64,000 nt of DNA, taken from Candidatus Altarchaeum sp. Its GTDB lineage: Archaea > Altiarchaeota > Altiarchaeia > Altiarchaeales > Altiarchaeaceae. Made by a program: the position numbers and the translations under genes. The notes under the pieces are model-generated. The model saw nothing but the letters and a program-made list of their open reading frames with translations, was not told the DNA's origin and searched no databases. How positions within the stretch are numbered: position 1 is the stretch's first letter; every line of letters begins with the position of its first letter. Below are positions 10,475 through 19,680 of this stretch, in pieces. The stretch spans positions 20,467-84,466 of the forward strand of contig JAGWDQ010000044.1 in NCBI GenBank assembly GCA_018260615.1, written 5' to 3'.

Positions 10475-12676
10475 TTAAATTTCAAATTTTATCTCTTTTT
10501 CCTTACCTTTCATGCTTCCGATTACTATTGCCCCCAATGCAACAACATTTGCTATAAACGCACCAATAGCGAGTGACCATGAAAACGAGGGATCATAAAG
10601 ATAAAACATAATTGCAAATATAAAATGAATATCAGCTGCAATTGAGGCGACGATTGCTATTAAAGCATATATACTTTCTTCATTATCCTTTAGATGTCTG
10701 TCTACTTTAATAAAAGTCGTTAATAAAGATGCAACCCCTGAAATAAACAATATAGAAAACGAAGTTTTATCCAATATAAATCCTATATTAAATGTTACTG
10801 CAAGTGTTTGCAGCAATATCGCTGCGTATGTCAACAATAGAGTAGTTTCTCTTGTAATGTATTTTTTCAAAAACTCCTGCCTAAATGTAATAAAAATCTT
10901 TCCATAATTCCAAGTCGCGTATGGGTCATTAGCATCTGTTGAACAAATATAATTATTGATTTTATCTGCAAATTTCTTACGGATTTCTTTTCTAAATTCT
11001 TTCCATGGTTTGACTTCATCCGTAGCAAAAATAAATCTCCCTATTTTTCCTGCATAAGATATGAAAAATAACCACAACATAAATAAAATAAACCACAATA
11101 AAAAGTGGTATGCAAAGGATAGGTTTCTTACTTCTTCACAAATATTAAAAAGAAAAGCAACTGATAAAAAAGATAAAAGCATGGCTGTACCTATACCTGC
11201 CCATTCTGAGGCATTATCTTTTTTATTTTTTTCTGTGCTGCTGATTATTCTTACCAATGTGAAAAAGACAAAAAACAACATTATAATTATACTTGCCATT
11301 ATAATGGAAAGTGTTTCAATGATTGGTGAGGATTCAAAACTATTCATTAACAAACCAATTACAATAAAAATTATCCCTATGCTTCCAATGTAAAAAAATA
11401 GGTCTTTTATTATATCTAAACGCGATCTTGTTGCACCTATTGTCTGTTCAAATGCTCGCGCATAGGTGATTATATTTAATGTAATCCAAAACATAGAAAC
11501 CATCGTGACCATTACAATTATGATAAGTTCTACAACACGTGCCGGTGTGCCAACGACAAATATTCTGGAGGAAATATTCTCAAAAATATCTATTCCCATT
11601 ACTCTAAAAATGATTGTTATGAAGGATAACACTACTCCTATCATAAATAGAGGTTGTAAAATTCTTAGTGCCAGTTGAGCAGATCGCATATCATCAGTCA
11701 GCTTGAGATTTATATTATCAGTTACGAAATTGTCAATTTCATTATGGGTTTCACCCATAAGATTTGTGTGTTGATATATTTCTGTGTGAAGGTCTTCTCT
11801 ATTAAATTTTTTTGATTCGAGATTATTGCCCTTCTTTTTGAATTCTTTTATTTTTGGCTTATCACAAATATCCATATTCCACACATTTGCAAATAGTTTA
11901 TTAAGCAACGAGAATTTATCTAACCTCCCCCTTATTATACTTACACCTTCCCTATATTGTGCGGTTCTAACATCAACATAACGCTTGATGTCGTCCCAGC
12001 TTTTTGTTGTGTCCTCCACATGGTACAAAACAGCAGTTTTTAGTGTGGTGTAAAGGTGATGTTGAATGCATAAACTTTTCAGCAGATCTTTATTACCATT
12101 TGTATTAATTACTGTATTGTTACTTAATGATGCTTCCCACTTATCATCATTATTATTTCCACACTTATCATCATTATTATTTCCACACTTATCATTATTA
12201 TTATTTCCACAAGAATATTCTATTTTCAACACATTCCAGATAGATTTTATTTCGTATTTTCCATCTATATCCTTCTTGTTCAACAATGGAAAAGATATTC
12301 CATAAAGTGCGCTTTCTAAGTCCAATCTCCCTTTCTCTTTTTTATCAGTCTGATCCAATGATTTTATAAATCCTTCATACAATGCTTCACCCGGAGTTTT
12401 AATCCCTTTGACAATTTCAGTTAAAAATGCTTTTTTTAAAGATTTTTCTTCAGAATCATTTTCACAAATAATATAAGCAACTCCCCACCGAGTCAGATAA
12501 CATTCCCCATTTTTATTAAATTTGTTAACAATTCTTATTGCATCAAGTTTATAGAAAGGATCGACACTGGAGGATAAACTGCCAATAGTATGATCCTCTT
12601 TGCTCTTTTCAATCTCTTCTTTGAGATATTTAAATTCCCGATGATCTATAAGAGTATAAAATGGTTTGATAATCAT
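10475..12676 (-). CDS. Large membrane protein: soluble N-terminal region, multiple TMs, C-terminal TFN/ADxH/GAxxAN module
   Basis: 733-aa ORF; 4-bp overlap with the upstream gene. Confidence 0.75.
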   Translation of the reverse strand: MIIKPFYTLIDHREFKYLKEEIEKSKEDHTIGSLSSSVDPFYKLDAIRIVNKFNKNGECYLTRWGVAYIICENDSEEKSLKKAFLTEIVKGIKTPGEALYEGFIKSLDQTDKKEKGRLDLESALYGISFPLLNKKDIDGKYEIKSIWNVLKIEYSCGNNNNDKCGNNNDDKCGNNNDDKWEASLSNNTVINTNGNKDLLKSLCIQHHLYTTLKTAVLYHVEDTTKSWDDIKRYVDVRTAQYREGVSIIRGRLDKFSLLNKLFANVWNMDICDKPKIKEFKKKGNNLESKKFNREDLHTEIYQHTNLMGETHNEIDNFVTDNINLKLTDDMRSAQLALRILQPLFMIGVVLSFITIIFRVMGIDIFENISSRIFVVGTPARVVELIIIVMVTMVSMFWITLNIITYARAFEQTIGATRSRLDIIKDLFFYIGSIGIIFIVIGLLMNSFESSPIIETLSIIMASIIIMLFFVFFTLVRIISSTEKNKKDNASEWAGIGTAMLLSFLSVAFLFNICEEVRNLSFAYHFLLWFILFMLWLFFISYAGKIGRFIFATDEVKPWKEFRKEIRKKFADKINNYICSTDANDPYATWNYGKIFITFRQEFLKKYITRETTLLLTYAAILLQTLAVTFNIGFILDKTSFSILFISGVASLLTTFIKVDRHLKDNEESIYALIAIVASIAADIHFIFAIMFYLYDPSFSWSLAIGAFIANVVALGAIVIGSMKGKEKEIKFEI
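12138..12209. repeat. 24-bp coding tandem repeat x3 (CGNNNDDK-like units)
   Basis: cacttatcatcattattatttcca at 12138 and 12162, one-mismatch copy at 12186. Confidence 0.9.
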
Positions 12677-14232
12677 TCTTCCTTTTTTTCCGTTTTAATA
12701 ATAATTAATTCATAACTTATTACACTTAAACTTATGAGATTTGCCAGTAATGCCCCAACAACAAGTAATTTTATTTCTCCGATAAGCAATGGTGCGGTAA
12801 TGAGTATAAAGATTGCCGGAATATAATGAAAATCCGCAATGATTGAAAAAATGAAGCCAACAAGATCCGGATTTATCTTTTTTTCACCTTGTTTATATTT
12901 TTGCAGTTTTAATATAGTTGCAAGAAATGACAAAATAGTTAAGAAAAACAGTGTCCAATGAAACAAGATATCTTCATGTATATGACCATCAGCATTAAAT
13001 TGTATCGTTATATCTGTTTTGCTTATATTTGAATTGCTTGCTGTGGAGTTGTTTATGCCTAAATTCTGTGCTGTGGAGTTATATAATCTTAAGGTGTTTG
13101 TCGCTGTGTTATTGTTTGTAGTAGTGTTTGTGTTATATTCTGTTGTTGTGTTATTGCTTCCCGATATCGTATTCAATGTTGTAGTATTGCCTGTTGTTGT
13201 GGTGTTTGTCGTTAGATTGCTGCTTCCAACGTTTGTATTATTTTCTGTTGTTGTATTTTCCCCGACACTTGTATTATTCATATTTGAAATTTTTGGATTG
13301 GTGGACAGATATTCAAAGCCCGTATATCTTATATCAACATTTTTAGAGTGGTCACTGAAAAAAAAGTTAGTTCCTTGTAAATCAAAATACACACCGAAAT
13401 ATGTGCAACTTTTACCTTCTATTTTCATTCTGTTTGGGTAATCTCTAAATGAACCATTTAGATCTCCCTCGAACTTCATGTTTATATTACACTGAACGGG
13501 TCTCACTATTTTCTGGCAAATTCCTTTATATACCTCAAAAATACATGGATTTTCTCGATTCGTTTTATCTGTAATCTTTCCCGAAATATTTGCAATGACC
13601 GAATCATTAATTTTTATATATTTGTATATGCGTAATTGTTCACCAGAATGTTCTATCTTATAAAAATCATCCGTATTGTTATATACCTCCCAATTTTTCT
13701 CATCTATTTTGTAAATCATTGCGATATCTGAAAGAGATGCACTCCTATTATTAAAGGCATTAATAAGATTTTTATCAACTTTGTCATTTTTGAGGAAATA
13801 TTCGTAATCAGATTCCAAGTCAAATAAATGTGAATAATTATATGCGCTTCTATGTAAAGTTCCGTTAATGTCTGAAACAGAAATCCTGTAAACCTCCTTT
13901 AAATTTTGATCATGTTCTAAATTTATAGTAGAACTCATATTGAAATAAAACCAATACTTGTAGGAAAAATTAAATTTTGTCGTATTAATCTCACAGACAA
14001 TTTTTCTATCGCCAGGAAATTTACAATCGTCATCTTTAAGTGTTAAATTTTTGTGCGGTTGTGTTAAAATAGAAGAAATAGCAGAATTTACAAGATATTT
14101 CTCTTCAAGCATGGATAACTCATCTATTGAATTAATTTCATATAAATAAGAAACATTGAAAGTCACCATTAATATTTGAATTATGAAAATTATAATTGCT
14201 AAATTCCAATTTTGTTTTTCGTTGTTTGTCAT
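12673..14232 (-). CDS. Membrane protein with a ~400-aa probably extracellular Asn/Thr-rich insert inside the shared TM module
   Basis: N-terminal TM with QILMVTFN; many NxS/T sequons; C-terminal ADFHYIPAI and GALLAN. Confidence 0.75.
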   Translation of the reverse strand: MTNNEKQNWNLAIIIFIIQILMVTFNVSYLYEINSIDELSMLEEKYLVNSAISSILTQPHKNLTLKDDDCKFPGDRKIVCEINTTKFNFSYKYWFYFNMSSTINLEHDQNLKEVYRISVSDINGTLHRSAYNYSHLFDLESDYEYFLKNDKVDKNLINAFNNRSASLSDIAMIYKIDEKNWEVYNNTDDFYKIEHSGEQLRIYKYIKINDSVIANISGKITDKTNRENPCIFEVYKGICQKIVRPVQCNINMKFEGDLNGSFRDYPNRMKIEGKSCTYFGVYFDLQGTNFFFSDHSKNVDIRYTGFEYLSTNPKISNMNNTSVGENTTTENNTNVGSSNLTTNTTTTGNTTTLNTISGSNNTTTEYNTNTTTNNNTATNTLRLYNSTAQNLGINNSTASNSNISKTDITIQFNADGHIHEDILFHWTLFFLTILSFLATILKLQKYKQGEKKINPDLVGFIFSIIADFHYIPAIFILITAPLLIGEIKLLVVGALLANLISLSVISYELIIIKTEKKEE

Positions 14233-14307
14233 TATTAAATATATCTAATATTAAATATATGGAATAAGAATTTATATAATAAGTAAAAATTAAAAATATT
14301 ATAAAAA

Positions 14308-14694
14308 ATGGAATTTGCAACATGTTTAAATTGTATGGATGGCAGAGTGCAATTACCTGTTATCAGTTGGATAAAGGAGAACTATGCTGCTGATTATGTG
14401 GATATGATAACAGACGCCGGAATGGATGGTGTTTTAGCAGGTGAAAATTATAAAGATATGGAAGGCATTCTTAAAAAAATAGATATCTCTCTTAAAAAAC
14501 CTAATTTAAATATTATTTTTGTGGTTGGGCACCATGATTGCGTTGGTAATCCTGTGGATGATGAAACCCACAATAGACAAATCCATATTGCAGTGGAAAA
14601 GGTGAAAAATTTGCGATCGTCTGCACAGATAATTGGATTGTGGGTCTCAAATATCTCAAATGAATGGAAAGTTGAAAAAATAACTGAAAAATAA
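14308..14694 (+). CDS. Small beta-class carbonic anhydrase-like protein
   Basis: CMDGR and HHDC zinc-ligand motifs. Confidence 0.8.
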   Translation: MEFATCLNCMDGRVQLPVISWIKENYAADYVDMITDAGMDGVLAGENYKDMEGILKKIDISLKKPNLNIIFVVGHHDCVGNPVDDETHNRQIHIAVEKVKNLRSSAQIIGLWVSNISNEWKVEKITEK

Positions 14695-14891
14695 AAGGTA
14701 AAAGATGACCGGATTGCTATTGGAAAGATTTAAGAATAATATTGCTCTCTTGAAAAGCGGAAAAGCAAAGATAAAACTGGGAAAATCGTTTTCTATTGTT
14801 TTTGGAAACGAATAATTTAAATTTATTTTCGTAAAAATATAGTTTATAGGTATGATAAAAAATTTTACAAAGACATTAAAAATTAGACAGA

Positions 14892-15623
14892 ATGCTCAAT
14901 ACAGTTATTATTTTAACGGACTTTGAGGACTTTTACACCCTGCAAATAACCGGAAAAATTTTATCCGTCAGTCAAAAAAATTTACAAATCCGGACATTAA
15001 GGGTCAGGAATTATTCAGTAATTGAGGTCTCTTTTTTAATTTCACAAATTTCCAAATTTTTTGAAAAGACAATTTTTGTCTGTGTTATTGACCCCTATGT
15101 CGGAACAAAAAGGAGAGCCGTAATAATTGAGAAAGACGGGAATTTATTTGTCGGGCCTGACAATGGAATTTTTTCAATGCTCGCTCAAAACATAAATCGG
15201 GTTGTGGAAATAGACGAAAATAAATTTAGCAACATAAGTAAGACATTTCACGGAAGGGATATATTTGCTGTAATTGCGGGAGAAATTTTAAACGGAAAAA
15301 TGCCTGACAATTTTGGAAAAACTGATAAAACAAAAAAGATAAAGGTGCTAAATTTAAAGGACAAAATTTTATACATTGACAATTTTGGAAACATTATAAC
15401 AGGTCTGAGGAACGAATATGCGAAATTTAAGGTCGGGGAAGAAGTAAAGCTCAAAATAAAAGGGCGGGAAATAAGTGCAAGATTTGTTGAGACATTTGCC
15501 GATGAGAAGGAAAAACTGGGCGTTTATTGCGGCAGTTCGGGATTTATTGAAATAGGAAAATTTAGAAAAAATGCGGGTGAAATTTTGAAGGTAAAAGTGG
15601 GGGATAAATTGGAAATATGCTGA
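14892..15623 (+). CDS. SAM hydrolase / SAM-dependent halogenase family (DUF62)
   Basis: LTDF, VIDPYVGT.R, GPDNG, TFHGRDIFA, IDNFGN. Confidence 0.92.
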   Translation: MLNTVIILTDFEDFYTLQITGKILSVSQKNLQIRTLRVRNYSVIEVSFLISQISKFFEKTIFVCVIDPYVGTKRRAVIIEKDGNLFVGPDNGIFSMLAQNINRVVEIDENKFSNISKTFHGRDIFAVIAGEILNGKMPDNFGKTDKTKKIKVLNLKDKILYIDNFGNIITGLRNEYAKFKVGEEVKLKIKGREISARFVETFADEKEKLGVYCGSSGFIEIGKFRKNAGEILKVKVGDKLEIC

Positions 15624-15626
15624 TTT

Positions 15627-15684
15627 AAAATAAAACAAAACTGTTTCAAAACAAAACTGTTTCAAAACAAAATCGTTTCAAAAC
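15627..15684. repeat. 16-bp tandem repeat x3; a 25-bp match recurs at 18828-18852
   Basis: aaaacaaaactgtttc units; aaaataaaacaaaac(t/c)gtttcaaaa in both places. Confidence 0.75.
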
Positions 15685-15828
15685 GCAATATCTCTTATTT
15701 CTAAATCCGAGACAAATCTAAAAATTTTGAAACATATCATTAGAATGTTCTGTTTTAATTTAGCAAATTTAATGTTAATTTAACCAAAATTTAATTTATT
15801 ATTAATTTGATTAACAACAACTCTTTAT

Positions 15829-17529
15829 ATGTTAACTAAAATGATAATTAATAATTGTGATTTTGAAATTGTCAGAATATTGATTGAGAATGAAAAGATG
15901 ACCTTAAAAGAAATACAAAACAAAGTTCAAAAATCCAGAATTTCTGTTTATAAATCGCTGAATAAAATGGAATCGCTCGGAGTTATTGATAAGAGAAAAA
16001 ATTTGATAAATCTGCGGAAAAATCCACTGACAATTGCATTCTCTAATTTAATAACAGAGGACTTTCCATTAGAATACCTGACCGGCAGGAAGTTAAACAT
16101 TTTAATTGAACTTATTGATGGTGCAAGTGTAAGTGAATTGTGTAATAATATGGGAATTTCACTGTCATCGGCATACAGGAATATAAGGGAAATTTTGCCA
16201 GTTTTAACTGAAAGTTCCGGTGAGTATGGACTAAATGATAAAAATAAGACATTAATTGAATTCTTAAGACATATCAAAAACAGGGCTGAATTTCAAAGTG
16301 GTACAATAGTTGTGTGGAAAAAACATTTTGAAAAGTTTATTATGACAAAAAAAGCAATACTTGTTTCAGAGGCAGTACTTACTGGTTTTTCAAGATTTTC
16401 AGAGTTTGGTGTTGAATATCACACAATTTATGATTATTATTTCTCACCGAAAAAAGATGTTTCAATTGAAGAGATTCTCGTTCATGCTATAAAATCTGCC
16501 AAAGATGCCAATATGCTTTCAATGTGTATAATCTTTTATCTCAAAAACAAGGAAAGAATAGATATATTTAAGGTGGAGAGTCAATCAAAAAAATACAATG
16601 TCCTTAATTTATGGATAGATATTGCAGCATACATTGAAGGTACCGAAACAGAAATAAAAAACAAAGGTATGTTCCTTCCCAAATCGGAATTTATTGAGAA
16701 AGCGAATGTGTATAATGTATCCTTTGTTATAAAATATCGCAATGAAAATTTATTTTCAATTTTTGATGAAATTTCAGCAAAGACGCAAATAAAAAATAAA
16801 ATTAAAATTTATATGCTTGGTGGCGGCGCACTTATACTATACGGGATAAAGGAAACAACAAAAGATATTGATATAATTGTCGAAAATCATAAGGACTTTG
16901 ATATACTAGAAGGTCTGTTTTTAAGCGCTAATTTCCACGAAGTTGCGGATGTTACGCCGGCATATAAAAATCTTTGCACAAGCACAATTTTGGAGCGTGA
17001 AAATTCGCCGAGAATTGACATATTTATTAAAAAGGTGTGCGGAGGAATTGTTCTTACGAACTCACTGAAAAGCAGAGCTAAGCTTGAATTTGAAAAAAAT
17101 AATTTTAAAATTTATATTTTATCACCCGAAGACATTTTTCTTTTCAAAGCATATTCATCAAGGGAAGGAGACATCATTGACTGTGAGAGGATTCTCTCGA
17201 AAAAGAAACTTGACTGGGAAATAATTTTAAATGAATACAAAAAACAGCAAAAAAACATGAGTGCCTTTTGGGGCAATGCGATACTTGACCATATTGAAAT
17301 GCTGGAAACAAGAACCGGAATAAAAATTCCAATAACTAAAAAATTAGCCCGGATTTGTCTTGAAAATGCAATTTTATACATAACTAAAAAACCAAAAACA
17401 ATAAATGAAATTAAAAAAGAAATTGATTTTAACGAATATATGATAAGAAACACCATTAAACGACTAATTAACCGGAAAAAAATAAAAAAAATTAATGAAA
17501 GACCAATTAAATTTGTTACAGTAAATTGA
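15829..17529 (+). CDS. wHTH plus DUF6036/AbiEii-like nucleotidyltransferase fusion
   Basis: N-terminal HTHs; GGGALILYG..TKDIDII NTase motif; C-terminal HTH-like segment. Confidence 0.7.
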   Translation: MLTKMIINNCDFEIVRILIENEKMTLKEIQNKVQKSRISVYKSLNKMESLGVIDKRKNLINLRKNPLTIAFSNLITEDFPLEYLTGRKLNILIELIDGASVSELCNNMGISLSSAYRNIREILPVLTESSGEYGLNDKNKTLIEFLRHIKNRAEFQSGTIVVWKKHFEKFIMTKKAILVSEAVLTGFSRFSEFGVEYHTIYDYYFSPKKDVSIEEILVHAIKSAKDANMLSMCIIFYLKNKERIDIFKVESQSKKYNVLNLWIDIAAYIEGTETEIKNKGMFLPKSEFIEKANVYNVSFVIKYRNENLFSIFDEISAKTQIKNKIKIYMLGGGALILYGIKETTKDIDIIVENHKDFDILEGLFLSANFHEVADVTPAYKNLCTSTILERENSPRIDIFIKKVCGGIVLTNSLKSRAKLEFEKNNFKIYILSPEDIFLFKAYSSREGDIIDCERILSKKKLDWEIILNEYKKQQKNMSAFWGNAILDHIEMLETRTGIKIPITKKLARICLENAILYITKKPKTINEIKKEIDFNEYMIRNTIKRLINRKKIKKINERPIKFVTVN

Positions 17530-17552
17530 TTTGCCTGATAATTTTGAGCATG

Positions 17553-18794
17553 TTAAATTTTTCCGTTTTCCTTAAAACTGTAATATGTGTCGCCGATAAT
17601 AACATGGTCAATAACAGAAATTCCGATAATCTCGCCCGTCTTAACAAGGGTTTCCGTAATTTTAATATCATCTGTTGATGGTGTCGGATCATCAGAAGGA
17701 TGGTTATGGACCAAAACAATTGCATTTGCACCGTCCTTTATTGCATCTCTAAAAACCTCCCTCGGATGAATCAATGAAGCATTTAATATTCCGATAGAAA
17801 CAATTTTATCTGCAATTATCCGGTTTTTGGAATCAAGAAGAATAACCATAAAATACTCCTTCTTATTATCGGGAATTTTCTGGGAAGCGTACCCAAATAC
17901 CTCTTTTGCATATTTTATTTTTTTTAAAGATTTCGCTGCCAGATTACACCTTTTATTAAATTCAAACAATGCTTTGATTTGCATTGCTTTTGCCTCCCCG
18001 ATACCATTTATCTTGTGGTAGACCTTTATTTTTCCATTTTCCTTTTTTAAAATGTATTTATGAGTATCATCACAGGTAACCAAAGTTACATTCTTTTTTG
18101 CGTATATGTTTAGCTTACCTTCCTCTTCTTTTAAAAGATATTTGTATTTTTTGACACCGTTGAGTTCTAATGATACCATCTTTTTTGTTTTGTTATTTTC
18201 GGGCTTGCCCTGAAAATCTCCAAACGAAGTGAGGTGAAGTTTGAGAAAAATTGTATTTGTTCCCTTTGCAACAGTTATTGTTTCGTTATTGTCGTTTTTT
18301 TTGATTTCTGCATTTTCCACCCATTCAATTTTTAAGTCGTCCTTTAAAAATTTTACGAGTCCTATATTGTTTTCGGGAACATCATCCCAGCTAAACAAAT
18401 ACTTTTTTGCTTTATCAAATTTAAAAGTAAATGAGTTTTCTCCATTTTTAATAATTATTGTTTCACCATCGTCTTCTTTACTGATTTCTGCATTTTTCGC
18501 CCAGTCCATTTTTAGGTCATCCTCCATATATTTTAGAAGTATCCCGCTGTCATTTCCCGGAACATCATCCCAGCTAAAGAAATACACCTTGTGAAGTTCT
18601 TCAAACGACAAATCGCTTAAATTTCCAATTCCGTAAAATGAGATTAGACGATTGCACATATCAACAACATTTTCACCTTTGACTCCGTTTTGTAAGATAA
18701 TTGCAAGCAATTCCGCATCACTCAATGCAGAAGCGCCAAACTTCTTTAGCCGTTCTCTCGGACGATTTTCCGCAGGAATTTCTTTTATTTTCAT
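17553..18794 (-). CDS. radC: RadC (JAB domain) with a 192-aa in-frame insertion in the HhH motif
   Basis: PRERL, LSDAELLAI, HPREVF, HNHPSDDPTPS..D, DHVIIG; removing the insert restores EELHKINGIGEAKA. Confidence 0.93.
   Translation of the reverse strand: MKIKEIPAENRPRERLKKFGASALSDAELLAIILQNGVKGENVVDMCNRLISFYGIGNLSDLSFEELHKVYFFSWDDVPGNDSGILLKYMEDDLKMDWAKNAEISKEDDGETIIIKNGENSFTFKFDKAKKYLFSWDDVPENNIGLVKFLKDDLKIEWVENAEIKKNDNNETITVAKGTNTIFLKLHLTSFGDFQGKPENNKTKKMVSLELNGVKKYKYLLKEEEGKLNIYAKKNVTLVTCDDTHKYILKKENGKIKVYHKINGIGEAKAMQIKALFEFNKRCNLAAKSLKKIKYAKEVFGYASQKIPDNKKEYFMVILLDSKNRIIADKIVSIGILNASLIHPREVFRDAIKDGANAIVLVHNHPSDDPTPSTDDIKITETLVKTGEIIGISVIDHVIIGDTYYSFKENGKI
18102..18402 (-). mobile_element. 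Coding MITE-like element, nested copy
   Basis: TIR GTATTTGTTTAGC versus GTATATGTTTAGC (12/13); perfect 8-bp TSD ttttttgc at 18094-18101 and 18403-18410. Confidence 0.9.
18195..18236 (-). repeat. 42-bp REP module inserted in-frame in the nested element
   Basis: cacctcacttcgtttggagattttcagggcaagcccgaaaat matches pieces of the intergenic cluster at 37620-37710; removal gives KLNKTKK, like Lon copy KLNKTEK. Confidence 0.85.
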
Positions 18795-18860
18795 TATTTA
18801 ATTTTTATTAAATTTGCGAAATTTAGGAAAATAAAACAAAACCGTTTCAAAAAGCAATTA

Positions 18861-19433
18861 TTATCCGGTTAAATTTTCCTTAAACGCATCAACCGTAAGC
18901 AAAGAAATCAAAGTTATTCCTTCTTTTGCTAAATTTTCCTTTGCTCCCTCCAGCCGGTCAACAATCGTAATAACCTGAACCACTTTACAGTTAAACTCCC
19001 GGACAGCATTTATCGCTTTAAGAACAGACATTCCAGTAGTTGTAACATCCTCAACGAGCACAACATTGCTGTTTTCCTTTAAATTTCCTTCAATTAATTT
19101 TTTTGTCCCTCTTTTCTTTTCTTCTTTTCGGACAAAAAATCCCTGAAGTGGTTTTCCGGGATATTGGCTTTTGACACATATCGCAGCTACGAGCGGAATT
19201 CCTCCGGTTTCCATACCTCCCACATAATCCGTCTCCTTACATTGAGCCATAATAATTTCAAGCATACCTTCAGCTATTAAATTTGCACCTTCCGGGTCAA
19301 GTGCAACCGGCTTCATATTAAAGTAAAAAGGGCTTTCCTTTCCCGAAGCAAGTTTAAATTTTTCCCCTGTATTAATCACTAAGGCCTTTTCCCTGATTAA
19401 TTCAATTAACCGTTTCTTTTTTTGTGCTTCCAT
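18861..19433 (-). CDS. pyrE: Orotate phosphoribosyltransferase
   Basis: FKLASGKESPFYFN, VRKEEKKRGT, LVEDVTTTGMS. Confidence 0.95.
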   Translation of the reverse strand: MEAQKKKRLIELIREKALVINTGEKFKLASGKESPFYFNMKPVALDPEGANLIAEGMLEIIMAQCKETDYVGGMETGGIPLVAAICVKSQYPGKPLQGFFVRKEEKKRGTKKLIEGNLKENSNVVLVEDVTTTGMSVLKAINAVREFNCKVVQVITIVDRLEGAKENLAKEGITLISLLTVDAFKENLTG

Positions 19434-19436
19434 TTT

Positions 19437-19634
19437 TTACTGATACAAATGCTTTTTACCACTTTCAGTTAGTTTGGCTGTTCCTAATAAGAGATCGAGA
19501 GAGACCCAACCATCTTTAGCCCAATTCTTTAAAACTTTCCATTCTTCTTCGTTTTTAATTCTTGCAACATTCTCAAATTTCTTTAAAATTTCTCGTTCCC
19601 TTTCTGAAAGGATAACCTTTCCGTTTGTGCCCAT
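19437..19634 (-). CDS. Small hypothetical protein (wHTH-like tail)
   Basis: 65-aa ORF tightly packed between argJ and pyrE on the same strand. Confidence 0.55.
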   Translation of the reverse strand: MGTNGKVILSEREREILKKFENVARIKNEEEWKVLKNWAKDGWVSLDLLLGTAKLTESGKKHLYQ

Positions 19635-19680
19635 TTTTTATTAAATTCCATAAGTAAATAAATTTGAAATTTATGAAATT

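Larger units (their letters stand above)
18018..18585 (-). mobile_element. Coding MITE-like element, outer copy (259 bp net of the nested copy)
   Basis: 8-bp flanks CACAAGGT/CACAAGAT on the coding strand (18586-18593, 18010-18017); degenerate TIR GTATTTCTTTAGC; encodes YFFSWDDVPG...KIKVY. Confidence 0.85.

Noticed and set aside
14705-14815. Short ORF between the carbonic anhydrase-like and SAM hydrolase genes
   Set aside because: About 35 codons with no recognisable family; may be a remnant but cannot be supported.
18018-18585. Intein explanation for the RadC and Lon inserts
   Set aside because: No N-terminal Cys/Ser, no C-terminal His-Asn, and no homing-endonuclease motifs; boundaries follow DNA inverted repeats and TSDs instead.
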